A DNA stretch of 64,000 nucleotides from an uncultured Nitrososphaerales archaeon (lineage in GTDB: Archaea; Thermoproteota; Nitrososphaeria; Nitrososphaerales; Nitrososphaeraceae), in contig CAVQMO010000001.1 in assembly GCA_963713605.1 (NCBI GenBank), forward strand, positions 1,024,001-1,088,000, written 5' to 3'. Positions 11,812 through 21,930 of the stretch are shown piece after piece. The notes under the pieces are model-generated. The model searched no databases. It worked only from the letters and a program-made list of their open reading frames with translations, and was not told the origin of the DNA. The translations under genes and the position numbers were made by a program. The stretch's first letter is position 1, and every line of letters starts with the position of its first letter.

Positions 11812-12219
11812 GTGGTTAGAGAGTTTAAGTTTAAAGGTTATCTATCTGAACAGCTGCAGGCATTACCTATAGAATCACTTTTGCCACTTTTGAACTCAAG
11901 ACAGAGGCGATCTTTGGATAAAAGAGTGGGCAAATTCATGACCGATGAAAAGAGAAAACTCCGCGAAGAGATTAAGCGAAATAGGGAAGGAAAGTCGACT
12001 GACGAGATAAAAACCCACCTTAGAGATATGATTATTCTTCCGGATATGATCGGAGTGACTATTAAAGTCCATAATGGAAAGGAATTCATTCCAGTAAGTA
12101 TAAGACCAGAGATGGTTGGCCATTACGTAGGTGAGTACTCTATCACTAACAAACGCGTTCAGCACGGAGCTCCTGGAGTAGGTTCATCAAGATCGAGTCT
12201 ATACGTCCCCCTAAAGTGA
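11812..12219 (+). CDS. rps19: 30S ribosomal protein S19
   Basis: KTHLRDMII, HNGKEF, MVGHY; GTG start at 11812 preceded by a GGTGA Shine-Dalgarno. Confidence 0.95.
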   Translation: MVREFKFKGYLSEQLQALPIESLLPLLNSRQRRSLDKRVGKFMTDEKRKLREEIKRNREGKSTDEIKTHLRDMIILPDMIGVTIKVHNGKEFIPVSIRPEMVGHYVGEYSITNKRVQHGAPGVGSSRSSLYVPLK

Positions 12220-12226
12220 ATGTATT

Positions 12227-12701
12227 ATGCCAGAGTATGGATATGCTGTAGAAAATTTCGACAAGTCAAGACACGTAAGAGCCTCTATAAGGGACAAGTC
12301 TGCCTCGCATAAGCATGCTAGAGAGGTAGCAGTAGCTATTAGAGGAATGTCGATTGAAAAAGCGCGCCTATTTCTTGAAGATGTGATTGGCAGGAAAATA
12401 GCTGTGCCATACAGAAGATACAATAACGAAGTTGCTCATAGATTTAATATCCGTGATGGCTTTTGCTCAGGTCGATATCCTAAGAAGTGGCCAAAGAAGT
12501 GTTGAAGTTGTTGGACAATTTGGAGGCAAATGCTGAATATAAGGGGATGGATTTGGATGCTTTGAAGATCACAAGTACCGTAGTACATAAAAGTACAAGA
12601 TCAAGAGATTTACTCCTAGAGCTATGGGAAGATCTAGTCCCAAGTACGATACATTGATACATTTTGAGATAGTTGCACAGGAAAAGAGGGTTCATGAATG
12701 A
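12227..12701 (+). CDS. rpl22: 50S ribosomal protein L22 (frameshifted)
   Basis: SHKHAREVA, GRYPKK, then LEANAEYKG and PRAMGR in shifted frames. Confidence 0.92.
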
Positions 12702-13421
12702 GTGCTATCAATAATGTAATGAAAAATAATTTTAGAAATCTCGAGTTAGACGAGTTTCTTTCGGAAACTCTAAGAGATGCAGGATATGGACGCGTAGATG
12801 TGCAAAAGACGCCAATAGGAACAAGAATCACCTTAAGTGTTACTCGTCCGGGATTAGTGATTGGAAGGAAAGGCACTGGGATAAAAGATTTAACATCAAA
12901 GTTGGAACAAAAATTTGGTTTGTCCAACCCTCAGATCTCTGTCGTTGAACTCGAGGCTCCGGAGCTGAACCCTAAGATTATGTGTAATAGAATCGCACAA
13001 TTGATTGAAAGAGGAACTGCATTCAGAAGGGCCGCAATATGGACAAATAACACGATAATGAATGCAGGTGCTTTAGGCGTTGAGATTACCGTAGCAGGTA
13101 AGCTGAGAAGTGAAAGAGCCCACTTCGAAAAGCACGCTGTAGGTCTAGTACCAAAGAGTGGTGATGTAGGCTAACAAGGTGGTGAGACATGGAGTCACTC
13201 ATGTGCTTACAAAGATGGGATTGATGGGCATACAGTTGAAGATAGCGCTTAAAAACGAAATGCCAAAGGAGTTCGAGATGATAGATTCCGAAACTTCACT
13301 TGTTACTGACAAAACGACGGAAATCCAGAAGCAGGAAAGTACAGTGCAAGCTGGAGGTGAAGACAAAAAGACCGTTGAGGGAAATGTATCTGTAGCGGCG
13401 GAAGGAAAAAACGATGGGTAG
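12698..13421 (+). CDS. rps3: 30S ribosomal protein S3 (frameshift near 13172)
   Basis: KH motif RPGLVIGRKG, AFRRA, GKLRSERA, KMGLMGI. Confidence 0.95.
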
Positions 13422-13621
13422 AATTAAGCTAAAGGTATTACGCGAAATGAACGATAGGGATCTTACAGAGAAACTGGATGAACTAACTTCTGAGTGTAAC
13501 AAAGCTGAGATCTGAGGGTGCGAAAGGCACATTAAAGAAGGAAACAGCGAGTATCAGATGGACCAGGAGGGATATTGCGAGAATCAATACGATACTCACA
13601 GAGAGGGTCGAAAACCATTGA
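13414..13621 (+). CDS. rpl29: 50S ribosomal protein L29 (frameshift near 13496; missed by ORF track)
   Basis: MGRIKLKVLREM...IRWTRRDIARINTIL. Confidence 0.9.
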
Positions 13622-13884
13622 TAACAAGTGAGAATTTGATTTTCCATGAATTAGTCGGACTCTACGCCCGCACGTTCGATTCTGGTCCATATTCTGGGCT
13701 ATCTGGGTATATTGTTAAGGAAACAAAGAACATGATCACTCTTAGATCTGGTGAGGTACTGAAGAGTTTGCCAAAAAATTGTATTAATATTAGGTTAACT
13801 CTTCCTAATTGCGGTTGCTTTATAAGTGGAAACAGTCTGATAGGGAGACCAGAGGACCGAATTGTAAGGAAGAGCTTGGGATGA
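13618..13884 (+). CDS. rnp1: RNase P protein component 1 (Rpp29/Pop4)
   Basis: TTG start MITSENLIFHELVG, ETKNM, GRPEDR. Confidence 0.9.
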   Translation: MITSENLIFHELVGLYARTFDSGPYSGLSGYIVKETKNMITLRSGEVLKSLPKNCINIRLTLPNCGCFISGNSLIGRPEDRIVRKSLG

Positions 13885-13887
13885 ATT

Positions 13888-14211
13888 ATGGTTAGAAATA
13901 TTGGTATTTCTGTGTCTCCGCCCCGGAGGTCCTGTGAAGATATACATTGTCCTTTTCACGGTAAACTCTCGGTTAGAGGTCGAGTTTTTACCGGTACTTT
14001 AGTTAGTGCTAAAGCTCGAAAAATGGTTGTAGTCGAACATCAATATTCTAGGCCGGTAACAAAATACAAAAGATTTGAAAGGAGCAAATCAAAAATGCAT
14101 GCATATGCTCCCGAATGTATGGATGTAGTTGAAGGAAAACGGGTACGGATCGCAGAATGCCGGCCTTTGACAAAGACGGTTGCTTTTGTGGTGATAGAGG
14201 TGGAACAATAG
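13888..14211 (+). CDS. rps17: 30S ribosomal protein S17
   Basis: CPFHG, KYKRFE, ECRPLTKT. Confidence 0.96.
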   Translation: MVRNIGISVSPPRRSCEDIHCPFHGKLSVRGRVFTGTLVSAKARKMVVVEHQYSRPVTKYKRFERSKSKMHAYAPECMDVVEGKRVRIAECRPLTKTVAFVVIEVEQ

Positions 14212-14646
14212 ATGTCCTCTAAGTCAAGAGCTGTTTCGGCAAAAGGCGTGGAGGAATTCAGGCCCTATGTTACAAGAGCACTACCTATGTCTGCTAGTTT
14301 GGTGTGTGCAGATAATACCGGCGCCAAGATTCTTCGCATTGCTCAAGTAAAAAGATTTAAGGGGCGGCATTCCCGTTTACCGTCAGCTGCGGTAGGCGAC
14401 TTTGTAACCGTGACCGTCAAGAAAGGTCCGGCAGAGTTAAGAAAGCAAATTTTTGGCGCAGTAATAATTAGGCAAAAATACCCTGTCAGAAGGTTAAACG
14501 GAAATAGATTAGTCTTTGAAGATAACGCTGCGGTATTGGTCACTCCTGAGGGTGAGATCAAGGGGACAGACATAAAAGGGCCGGTGGCTGCAGAGGCTGC
14601 TGAAAAATGGCCGAGAATTGCAAATTTGGCTGCACTAATCGTTTGA
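14212..14646 (+). CDS. rpl14: 50S ribosomal protein L14
   Basis: CADNTGAK, FEDNAAV, KGPVA. Confidence 0.97.
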   Translation: MSSKSRAVSAKGVEEFRPYVTRALPMSASLVCADNTGAKILRIAQVKRFKGRHSRLPSAAVGDFVTVTVKKGPAELRKQIFGAVIIRQKYPVRRLNGNRLVFEDNAAVLVTPEGEIKGTDIKGPVAAEAAEKWPRIANLAALIV

Positions 14647-14671
14647 ATGATGAATGGAGTAGAGAAATATT

Positions 14672-15112
14672 TTGACAAATAGATTAATAGGCGTCGTCTC
14701 AAAGAATTTGACAGAACGCATACTGAGGTCTCCTCTTTCGCGTGCCCTTCGGGAAAAATATGGAAGACGCAACTTAAGAGTGATTGCCGGAGATACAATC
14801 AAAGTATTTCGTGGTGAATACAGTGGTATCGAAGGAAAAGTTGAAAAAGTTAACATGAAGCGGGGAAGTCTCGCTATTGAAGGTATTCAAAGAGAAAAGG
14901 TGCGGGGAGGAAATGTAAAGGTGGAAATTAATTCTACTAATGTAGTAATTACCGATTTGGATTTGGATGATAAATATCGACAAGCTCTGATTCAAAGAAT
15001 TCATGAACCAGAGAAAAAAAATCCGAGTGAAAAGAAACATAGAGTTAGGAAACAAACCAAGCGACATTTAATAAATAAGAGAAAGAGTAAAACCAAAGGA
15101 GGAGAGAAATAG
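14672..15112 (+). CDS. rpl24: 50S ribosomal protein L24
   Basis: LREKYGRR, GDTIKVFRG, SxNV motif; start uncertain. Confidence 0.93.
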   Translation: MTNRLIGVVSKNLTERILRSPLSRALREKYGRRNLRVIAGDTIKVFRGEYSGIEGKVEKVNMKRGSLAIEGIQREKVRGGNVKVEINSTNVVITDLDLDDKYRQALIQRIHEPEKKNPSEKKHRVRKQTKRHLINKRKSKTKGGEK

Positions 15113-15114
15113 AT

Positions 15115-15834
15115 TTGGCAAAGAAGGGAGGAGATACTACTGTCAAGAGGCAGCGTGCTCCTTCATTTTGGAAAATTAGACGAAAGCAAGGCCAATTTGT
15201 GGTCCGTGCAAGACCGGGGCCCCACCCTAAAGCTATTTGTTATCCGCTTGGGATTCTGCTTAGAGATGTATTAGGAGTCGGTCAGAACATGGACGAAGTA
15301 AAAAGAATGCTCAATGATGGAAAGGTATCTGTAGATGGAGTTGTAAGGAGAAGCATTGGTTGGCCGGTAGGACTAATGGATATTATAGAGCTGATTCCCT
15401 TATCACAGGCCTTCCGTTTAGTACCAAAAAATAGGAATCTCTTGGTCCCAGTTCTTCTTTCAAAACAGACCGAAAAGAGCCTAAAATTGCTAAGGGTAAC
15501 ACTTAGGAAAACGATTAAGGGGAAAAAAACACAATACGGTTTTCATGACGGTAAGACGTTGATTGGGACTGAGCAGTATTCCGTGGGAGATACATGTTTG
15601 GTTGATCTCTTGAATAAAGAGGTCAAGTCACATATGAAATTAGAGAAAGATTCAATTGTCCTTGTTACGAAAGGCGAGAATGCAGGTGCTATTGGAAAGA
15701 TTGAAGAAATTCGTGAGGGCCTTTTCTCATTGCCTAGACGAACGGTGGTTTCATTTGGTGATAGGTCAGTTGATTTACCCGTACAGATGGTCATGTTGGT
15801 CGGTGACGAAGAGCCGATAATTCAGGTGAGTTAA
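15115..15834 (+). CDS. rps4e: 30S ribosomal protein S4e
   Basis: PGPHP, VDGVVR, PVGLMD, HDGK. Confidence 0.96.
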   Translation: MAKKGGDTTVKRQRAPSFWKIRRKQGQFVVRARPGPHPKAICYPLGILLRDVLGVGQNMDEVKRMLNDGKVSVDGVVRRSIGWPVGLMDIIELIPLSQAFRLVPKNRNLLVPVLLSKQTEKSLKLLRVTLRKTIKGKKTQYGFHDGKTLIGTEQYSVGDTCLVDLLNKEVKSHMKLEKDSIVLVTKGENAGAIGKIEEIREGLFSLPRRTVVSFGDRSVDLPVQMVMLVGDEEPIIQVS

Positions 15835-16362
15835 ATGGGTACGGATACTTCGAGTTCGGAAAATATTATGAGAAGGATTTCTGTGGGGAAGGTTGTTATC
15901 AACATCGGGGTCGGTAAATCTGGAGAACCTGTTGAAAGGGCTAAGCATGGCTTAGAAGATTTGACTGGTAAAATTCCGAATGTGACAACGGCTAAAAAAA
16001 ATTTGCGAGATTTTGGAATTCACCAAGGAGAACCGATCGGAGCGATGGTGACACTGAGAAGGAAGGATGCAACAGATTTCTTGAAAAGGTGTTTAGAAGT
16101 TAAAGGCAATAAGATGAATATCAGTTCCTTCGATAATTTTGGCAACATTTCTATGGGCATACGTGAACATATAGACATCCCTGGTACGAAATACAACCCA
16201 GATATAGGTATCTTTGGCATGAACGTCTGCGTTAGTTTGGTGCGGCCAGGTTATAGCATTTCCAAGAAAAGAGGTAAGAGTAAGATCGGCAAAGGACACC
16301 GGATTAGTAAGGATGGGGCAATTGAATTCTTTACAAGCGGATTCGGAGTTGAAGTATTATAA
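15835..16362 (+). CDS. rpl5: 50S ribosomal protein L5
   Basis: [25 protein letters not shown]. Confidence 0.97.
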   Translation: MGTDTSSSENIMRRISVGKVVINIGVGKSGEPVERAKHGLEDLTGKIPNVTTAKKNLRDFGIHQGEPIGAMVTLRRKDATDFLKRCLEVKGNKMNISSFDNFGNISMGIREHIDIPGTKYNPDIGIFGMNVCVSLVRPGYSISKKRGKSKIGKGHRISKDGAIEFFTSGFGVEVL

Positions 16363-16541
16363 TGCCAAAACCAAGAGATTATGAAATTACCAAGAGGAGA
16401 AAAATTGTCCATGGTAAGGGTTCGAGGTGGTGCAAGAGATGTGGTGCGTATAATGGATTGATACAACAGTATAAATTGTTCCTATGTAGACAGTGTTTTA
16501 GAGAAGTTGCCCAGCACTTGGGCTTTTACAAGTACGAATGA
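16362..16541 (+). CDS. rps14: 30S ribosomal protein S14 (Zn-binding; below ORF-track cutoff)
   Basis: 59 aa MPKPRDYE...CKRCG...LCRQCFRE...GFYKYE. Confidence 0.95.
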   Translation: MPKPRDYEITKRRKIVHGKGSRWCKRCGAYNGLIQQYKLFLCRQCFREVAQHLGFYKYE

Positions 16542-16563
16542 ATGGGAGGATGATAATGGTTAA

Positions 16564-16957
16564 ATGCCAGCATTAAATGTGTTAGCAAATTTGCTAAATA
16601 CCCTATATAATAACGAATCGAGAAGAAAAAAGGAGTGTATTGTTGTGCCTGCGTCTCGATTCACTAGCGAAGTCTTACGTGTTATGCAGAAACATCATTA
16701 CGTCGGCGAATTCGAACAAATTGACGATGGAAGATCGGGGAAGTTTCGTATTCAACTTCTAGTCTGCTATAAACAAATGTGGGATAGTTACTCCAAAGTA
16801 TAGTGTTAGAAAGAATGGCTATCTTGATTGGGAAAGACGATACTTACCTGCATTTAGCATGGGTGTATTGATTGTCTCAACGAGTAAAGGTGTTATGTCA
16901 CATCACGAAGCCCAACAGCTTGGTTTAGGTGGAGTCCTAGTGGGTTATGTGTACTGA
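16564..16957 (+). CDS. rps8: 30S ribosomal protein S8 (frameshift near 16763)
   Basis: IDDGRSGKF, then [27 protein letters not shown]. Confidence 0.94.
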
Positions 16958-17510
16958 AAAAATTCCGATTGAGAAAATGAGCGTTGATCTAACAATACCT
17001 TTAGAAGTAACTGTATCCAAAAAAGAAAACCATATTCAAGTTAGTGGAAAGTTAGGAACCCTAAGAAAAGATCTGTCGAAAATTCCGATAAAAGTGGACA
17101 TCGTTCAGGATAGTATTAAAATTTCCTCGTACGGAAAGAGGAAGAGAGATTTTGCGATCATTAACACTGCAAAAAGCATTTTGAACAATATGATCCGTGG
17201 GGTAGAGCAAGGATACACTTATCGATTAAAAATTGTTTTTGCGCATTTCCCCATCTCTGTTAAGGTAAAAGGTTCTGAGGTTCATGTTGAAAATATTTTT
17301 GGTGAGAGAGCACCAAGAATAGCCACGATCGTGGGCAGTAATACAAAAGTGAAGACAAGTGGCGATGACGTATTGGTAACCGGACCGAGTATTGAAGACG
17401 TGTCTCAAACTGCTGCAAATATAGAGTCATCAACAAAGATAAAGGGCAAGGACCAGCGGGTATTTCTCGATGGATTATACATTTATTCTAGAGAACCCGG
17501 AATCACGTAG
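16947..17510 (+). CDS. rpl6: 50S ribosomal protein L6
   Basis: FAHFP, SQTAANIE, DQRVFLDGLY. Confidence 0.96.
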   Translation: MCTEKIPIEKMSVDLTIPLEVTVSKKENHIQVSGKLGTLRKDLSKIPIKVDIVQDSIKISSYGKRKRDFAIINTAKSILNNMIRGVEQGYTYRLKIVFAHFPISVKVKGSEVHVENIFGERAPRIATIVGSNTKVKTSGDDVLVTGPSIEDVSQTAANIESSTKIKGKDQRVFLDGLYIYSREPGIT

Positions 17511-17681
17511 AAACATGTGTTAATCGTAGGGTTAATGTTAGAAATTGGAAGTATATTTATTCCATATATTTCAAATCTCGAGTTTAGAAAGATGTTATTT
17601 ATGGCCAGCATTTCATATGCTAGTAAGTTATTTTGGAGATGTAAAACGGGCTCAAGCATACCTTTTAATTGATTAAGAGGA

Positions 17682-18431
17682 GTGTATCCTAACGTGAAAG
17701 GCGTTATACTTGCTGGGGGATTAGGAAAGAGACTTAGGCCAATCACCGATGAGAGGCCGAAACCTATGATAGAAGTTTCCGACCGACCAATAATCGAATG
17801 GCAAATCAGATGGTTCAAAAATCATGAAGTTGATGAAATTGTCATATGTGTAGGATACCTTAAGGAGCGTATTATTGACTACATCGGAAGCGGAAACAGA
17901 TTCGGTGTAAAAGTAGGTTATGCTGTTGAAGAGGAGCCACTGGGAACTGGAGGAGCACTGAAGAATGCTCGGAGCCTGATCAACAGTTCTAAAGATGAGG
18001 GTTTCTTTATGGTCAATGGTGATATTCTGACCGATTTAGACCCAAATGCTCTAAAGCACACCAAGAATTCTGCACTTGCACTGGTACCATTGAAGAGTCC
18101 ATATGGTGTTATTGAGCTGGACAAGAACGGCCTTGTTACTGGTTTTGCAGAAAAACCACTGATTAATGACAAATGGATTAATGCTGGGGTCTATTTTTTC
18201 ACTAACAGTGTTTTCGATATTCTACCTGACCATGGAAATATAGAAACATCGGCTTTACCCATCATGGCAAAGAATCGAAATTTAAAGGGCGTAACATTTT
18301 CTACTTCTTTCTGGAGATCGGTTGATTCCCATAAAGATATGGACGAGGCTACCAAGGAAATTCAGAGTTCTCAATTAGTTTCGCGAGGTGAGCTAAATGA
18401 ATTCTCGTGGAGGAATCAAGACAGGATATAG
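17682..18431 (+). CDS. Sugar-phosphate nucleotidyltransferase (NTP_transferase family)
   Basis: ILAGGLGKRLRP, PKPM, EPLGTGG, NGD, EKP. Confidence 0.9.
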   Translation: MYPNVKGVILAGGLGKRLRPITDERPKPMIEVSDRPIIEWQIRWFKNHEVDEIVICVGYLKERIIDYIGSGNRFGVKVGYAVEEEPLGTGGALKNARSLINSSKDEGFFMVNGDILTDLDPNALKHTKNSALALVPLKSPYGVIELDKNGLVTGFAEKPLINDKWINAGVYFFTNSVFDILPDHGNIETSALPIMAKNRNLKGVTFSTSFWRSVDSHKDMDEATKEIQSSQLVSRGELNEFSWRNQDRI

Positions 18432-19399
18432 TCTGGGGACATTGCTTTCCATCGACGAGATTTTGAGATTTTCGCGTCTCGCAGATAGCTATAAGAATGT
18501 TCACTCACTGTGGGTACCTGAAACCTGGGGACGAGAAGCATTTATGCACACTTGGGGCGATTTCTCAAGTTGCCCATTATCCGAAATTAGGCACAGCAAT
18601 ACTTAACATATATTCGAGAACACCTTCTACGATAGCAATGGGTGGGGTTACTCTTGATATCCTCTCAAGGAATCGAACCTTGTTGGGGCTAGGGGTAAGC
18701 ACTAGCGGGATCATTGAAGGTTGGCATGGAATAGCCTTCGATAAACCCCTTGCCAGAATGAAGGAGATGATTACTCTCCTTAGGCTCATTTGGACAGGAA
18801 ATCCGGTATCATTCAAGGGAGATTTCTTTAGTGTTTCGAATTTTAAACTCTTGCATTCCCCGCCCCGGACTTCAATTCCCATATTTTTGGCTGCGGTGAA
18901 TCCGCTAATGATAACACTTTCCCTATCGGTTGCAGAGGGTCTACTTCTCTACTTGAGACCCTTTAATGAATTAAGGTCCACGGTTCAGAAGATAAGGAAA
19001 GAAATAACGAGGCCTTTCGAATTGGCTTCAGCCTTCATATGCTCCATTTCTGATGAGTATCCTGATAGGGCAAGAATGCGCGCGGCAAAGACCCTGGCAT
19101 TTTATATTTCAGTGGGAATATATTACAGGACACTCATATCAAACTCTGGTTTCGCGGATGAGACGGATACCATTGTTGAGGAGTACAACAAGCGAGGACT
19201 AGATGCAGCCTCCAAAATTGTTTCTGATAAATTCCTGGACGAAATTGCAATTTGCGGTGATTCCGAACAAGGCAGACGCTCTATGCAAAGATTTATCTCT
19301 GCAGGAATAACACTTCCAATATTACAAATTAATCCTGTAGAAGGAGAGGACACTCAAAAATCCTTCATTAGATTTTTGGAGACTTTTTCGAATGAATAA
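18397..19399 (+). CDS. LLM (luciferase-like) class, probably F420-dependent, oxidoreductase (frameshifted near 18545)
   Basis: WVPETWGRE, LGTAILNIYSRTP, LGLGVS, IFLAA. Confidence 0.85.
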
Positions 19400-20492
19400 A
19401 GTGGCCATCGTGGGCTATGCCACTACTAAATTTCAAAAATTAACAGACAAATCGGTCTACGAATTGGCTTGTGAACCATCAATGGAAGTTTTGAGGTCTT
19501 CAAAAATAACGGCAAATAAGATAGAAGGCGTGTTGTTTTCGAGCTGTTCGCATGATCTTTATGGTGGAGCAATAGCGTCTGAAATGTTAGGCCTAAATCC
19601 CAAAATAACATGTAGGATTGATAATCTTTGTAATTCCGGTACCGTCGCGATATCAGCTGCATATTCATATATTTCTTCAGGACTGTATAATTCAATTTTA
19701 GTAGTTGGTGCAGAGCTGCGTAATAGCCCTGGTTCTAAGCTCATCTGGGATGTATCAAGAGGACATTTTACCTCTCCGATTTACTGGGCATCGGTATTTG
19801 CTAAAATGCATATGCGAAAGTATGGGACAACTGAAGCAGATATGGCAGCCATAGCAGTCAAGAATAGATCATTGTCGGTAAACAATCCGAATGCAATGTT
19901 CCACAAACCAATTTCACTTGAAGATGTATTGAATTCTAGGAAGCTAGTTGATCCAATTAAGTTGCTAGATTGCAGTTCACTCTGCTCAGGAGCTGCTAGC
20001 CTGCTACTTGTCTCTGAGGATCTTGCCAGAACTTTAGATGTTCAACCAGTCTGGATAGACGGAATAGGACAGCAAACCAGCTGTGCAAGCGTAGCGCACG
20101 CTATACCAGAAATATTTAAGAAAGGATCAGGTAAATTAGCAGTGGCACATGCCTATAAAATGGCCAGAATGAAACCCTCAGATATACAAGTTGCAGAAAT
20201 TCATGATGCATTTACAATAATGGAAATCATGGCATATGAGGACTTGGGGTTTGCAAGAACAGGAAAAGGAACATCGTATGCGTTAGACGGAAATATTGCA
20301 GTAAACCCTAGAGGTGGAATTCTCGGATCAGGTCATCCAATCGGCGCAACAGGGATCGCCCAGGTGTGCGAAATAGTATGCCAGTTAAGGCATGAGGCAG
20401 GAGCGCGTCAGGTGGGTGGTTGTAACGTAGGACTAGTTCATAACCTCGCAGCGGCAGGAACCTCAGCAACAATAATGGTCCTTCGATCGTGA
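19392..20492 (+). CDS. Thiolase family protein (SCP-x/archaeal acetyl-CoA acetyltransferase type)
   Basis: Nucleophile DNLCNSG, EIHDAF, NPRGG, GHPIGATG. Confidence 0.9.
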   Translation: MNKVAIVGYATTKFQKLTDKSVYELACEPSMEVLRSSKITANKIEGVLFSSCSHDLYGGAIASEMLGLNPKITCRIDNLCNSGTVAISAAYSYISSGLYNSILVVGAELRNSPGSKLIWDVSRGHFTSPIYWASVFAKMHMRKYGTTEADMAAIAVKNRSLSVNNPNAMFHKPISLEDVLNSRKLVDPIKLLDCSSLCSGAASLLLVSEDLARTLDVQPVWIDGIGQQTSCASVAHAIPEIFKKGSGKLAVAHAYKMARMKPSDIQVAEIHDAFTIMEIMAYEDLGFARTGKGTSYALDGNIAVNPRGGILGSGHPIGATGIAQVCEIVCQLRHEAGARQVGGCNVGLVHNLAAAGTSATIMVLRS

Positions 20493-20510
20493 TACTTGGA
20501 GTAGTATTTA

Positions 20511-20876
20511 ATGCGACGGTTTATGAATCAACTAAAAAATGGCACATTTGTAATTTCTTATTGTGCAGCTTGCAAAAAGAAGATTTGGCCACCGTACGAA
20601 AACTGTCCTGCCTGCTATCGTAGAACATCAACAGTAAATGCTGGCAAATTCGGAAGGATCGTCGAATTTAGCAGATCCTGGCTAGAGGAAGGCGGGGTAA
20701 TTGTAGCACTAATAGATATGGATGGGATCTTGTTGTTGGGTACTATTTTAGAAGGACGAGGGATCGCTGTGGGGTCCGCGGTGGAATTGGTAGCCACAGG
20801 AGCATCTTCCGATGGAAAGATCCATTTCCATTTCAGAATACTGGATCGGTTTGATTCATATACTATGAATAAATAA
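20511..20876 (+). CDS. DUF35 Zn-ribbon/OB-fold protein
   Basis: CAAC...WPP...CPAC followed by an OB-like region, directly downstream of the thiolase. Confidence 0.85.
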   Translation: MRRFMNQLKNGTFVISYCAACKKKIWPPYENCPACYRRTSTVNAGKFGRIVEFSRSWLEEGGVIVALIDMDGILLLGTILEGRGIAVGSAVELVATGASSDGKIHFHFRILDRFDSYTMNK

Positions 20877-20893
20877 TGTATCTAAAGTGAGTT

Positions 20894-21254
20894 ATGAGTT
20901 ACGATAGATTTGTCGACGATCGACTCCTTACCAGCAGAGATGCCCTCAACACTACACAGATGAAACTCAAATTAGTGGAAGTCGATGAAGGAGCCAGAGA
21001 TTTCTCACAACGGTTCGGGAAAAGAGTTCTAGTTAAAAAAGTTCTTCTCACGATGAAGTATTCGAAAACAGAGGAGGTGGAAGAAGTAGAACTGGATCTC
21101 TGAGTTACTTGAGAACAAACTGAGAAAGGAACGATTATTCTCTTCCTCAAACAGGTGGGTATCATCAAATGAAATAAAGAATGGATATATAATTGCAAAT
21201 CGACATCTTGATTTGCTTGCCGATGCGATAGCATTAGACATAATATCATTCTGA
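20894..21254 (+). CDS. Hypothetical protein (frameshifted near 21100)
   Basis: MSYDRFVDDRLLTSRD... continues as RKERLFSSSNRW...HLDLLADAIALDIISF* in a shifted frame. Confidence 0.65.
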
Positions 21255-21288
21255 CATTGGTGGACATCTGAGTAGGACAATATCAAAG

Positions 21289-21398
21289 CGCCGCTGATCA
21301 GACTCGAACTGATGACCCACTGGTTAACAGCCAGCGAATCTCCAGAGGAGTTTTCCAAACCACGCTAGAATTGCTCTACCATGCTGAGCTACAGTGGC
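21289..21398 (-). tRNA. tRNA-Asn(GTT) with a 36-nt intron at position 27/28 (intron 21335-21370)
   Basis: GCCACTG/CAGCGGC acceptor (one A-C mismatch), GCTC/GAGC D stem, ACTGG/CCAGT anticodon stem after splicing, loop CTGTTAA, ATCAG-TTCGAGT-CTGAT T arm, G73. Confidence 0.92.
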
Positions 21399-21715
21399 GC
21401 AATATTGCATAGCATTATTGGACAAATTAAATGTTGTGTTACACTAAATAATAGGAAATAATTCATCATCTCTCCGAAAGGAGTTAATTGACCTGCATAA
21501 AATCAATAGGAACCCCACCTGTACCCATGATAAAAATGTCGTGATTAAGTTGTCATAACATTATTTGGTCAGACTAGATTGCTTAATTTGTCGATTCTAG
21601 GTAGGGGTTATAGCCAGCAAAATATGGAGTTGTTCATAGCATAATAGGCAAACTACACTGAAGTCTATTCTCTGAATTGTGTTAACAGGGAGGCTTTCAA
21701 GACATTATTTGGTCT

Positions 21716-21865
21716 TTGACGAATTTCGTAAACAATCTGATAATGTCTGACAGTTCAGAAAAGGACCCATTTCTGAATTGTCCAATAAAGAGAACGTTTT
21801 TTTTACTTTGGAAAGCTGGGGAAATTGGGGCTTCGTTTGAAAAGGTGGAGATACCCTTTTTGAAC
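21716..21865. repeat. Array of imperfect inverted repeats (candidate res site or operator) upstream of the resolvase
   Basis: GACAGTTCAGAAA-N8-TTTCTGAATTGTC (21749-21782, 12/13); GTTTGAAAAGG-N9-CCTTTTTGAAC (21835-21865, 9/11); weaker palindromes at 21716-21732 and 21786-21805. Confidence 0.55.
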
Positions 21866-21930
21866 TTTTTGTCTTGGATGGTTGACAATTTGTTTAAATA
21901 ACCTCATAGACGGCTTGCTATAATTAAGTC

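Noticed and set aside
17517..17672. ~51-codon hydrophobic ORF after rpl6
   Set aside because: No motif or clear start signal; cannot be supported.
21335..21370. Two tandem introns in tRNA-Asn (internal CTGG repeat)
   Set aside because: The alternative junctions I tested give no acceptable BHB helix; a single 27/28 intron fits best.
21697..21901. Two overlapping ~60-aa ORFs upstream of the resolvase
   Set aside because: No recognisable features; the region is better explained as repeat or regulatory DNA.
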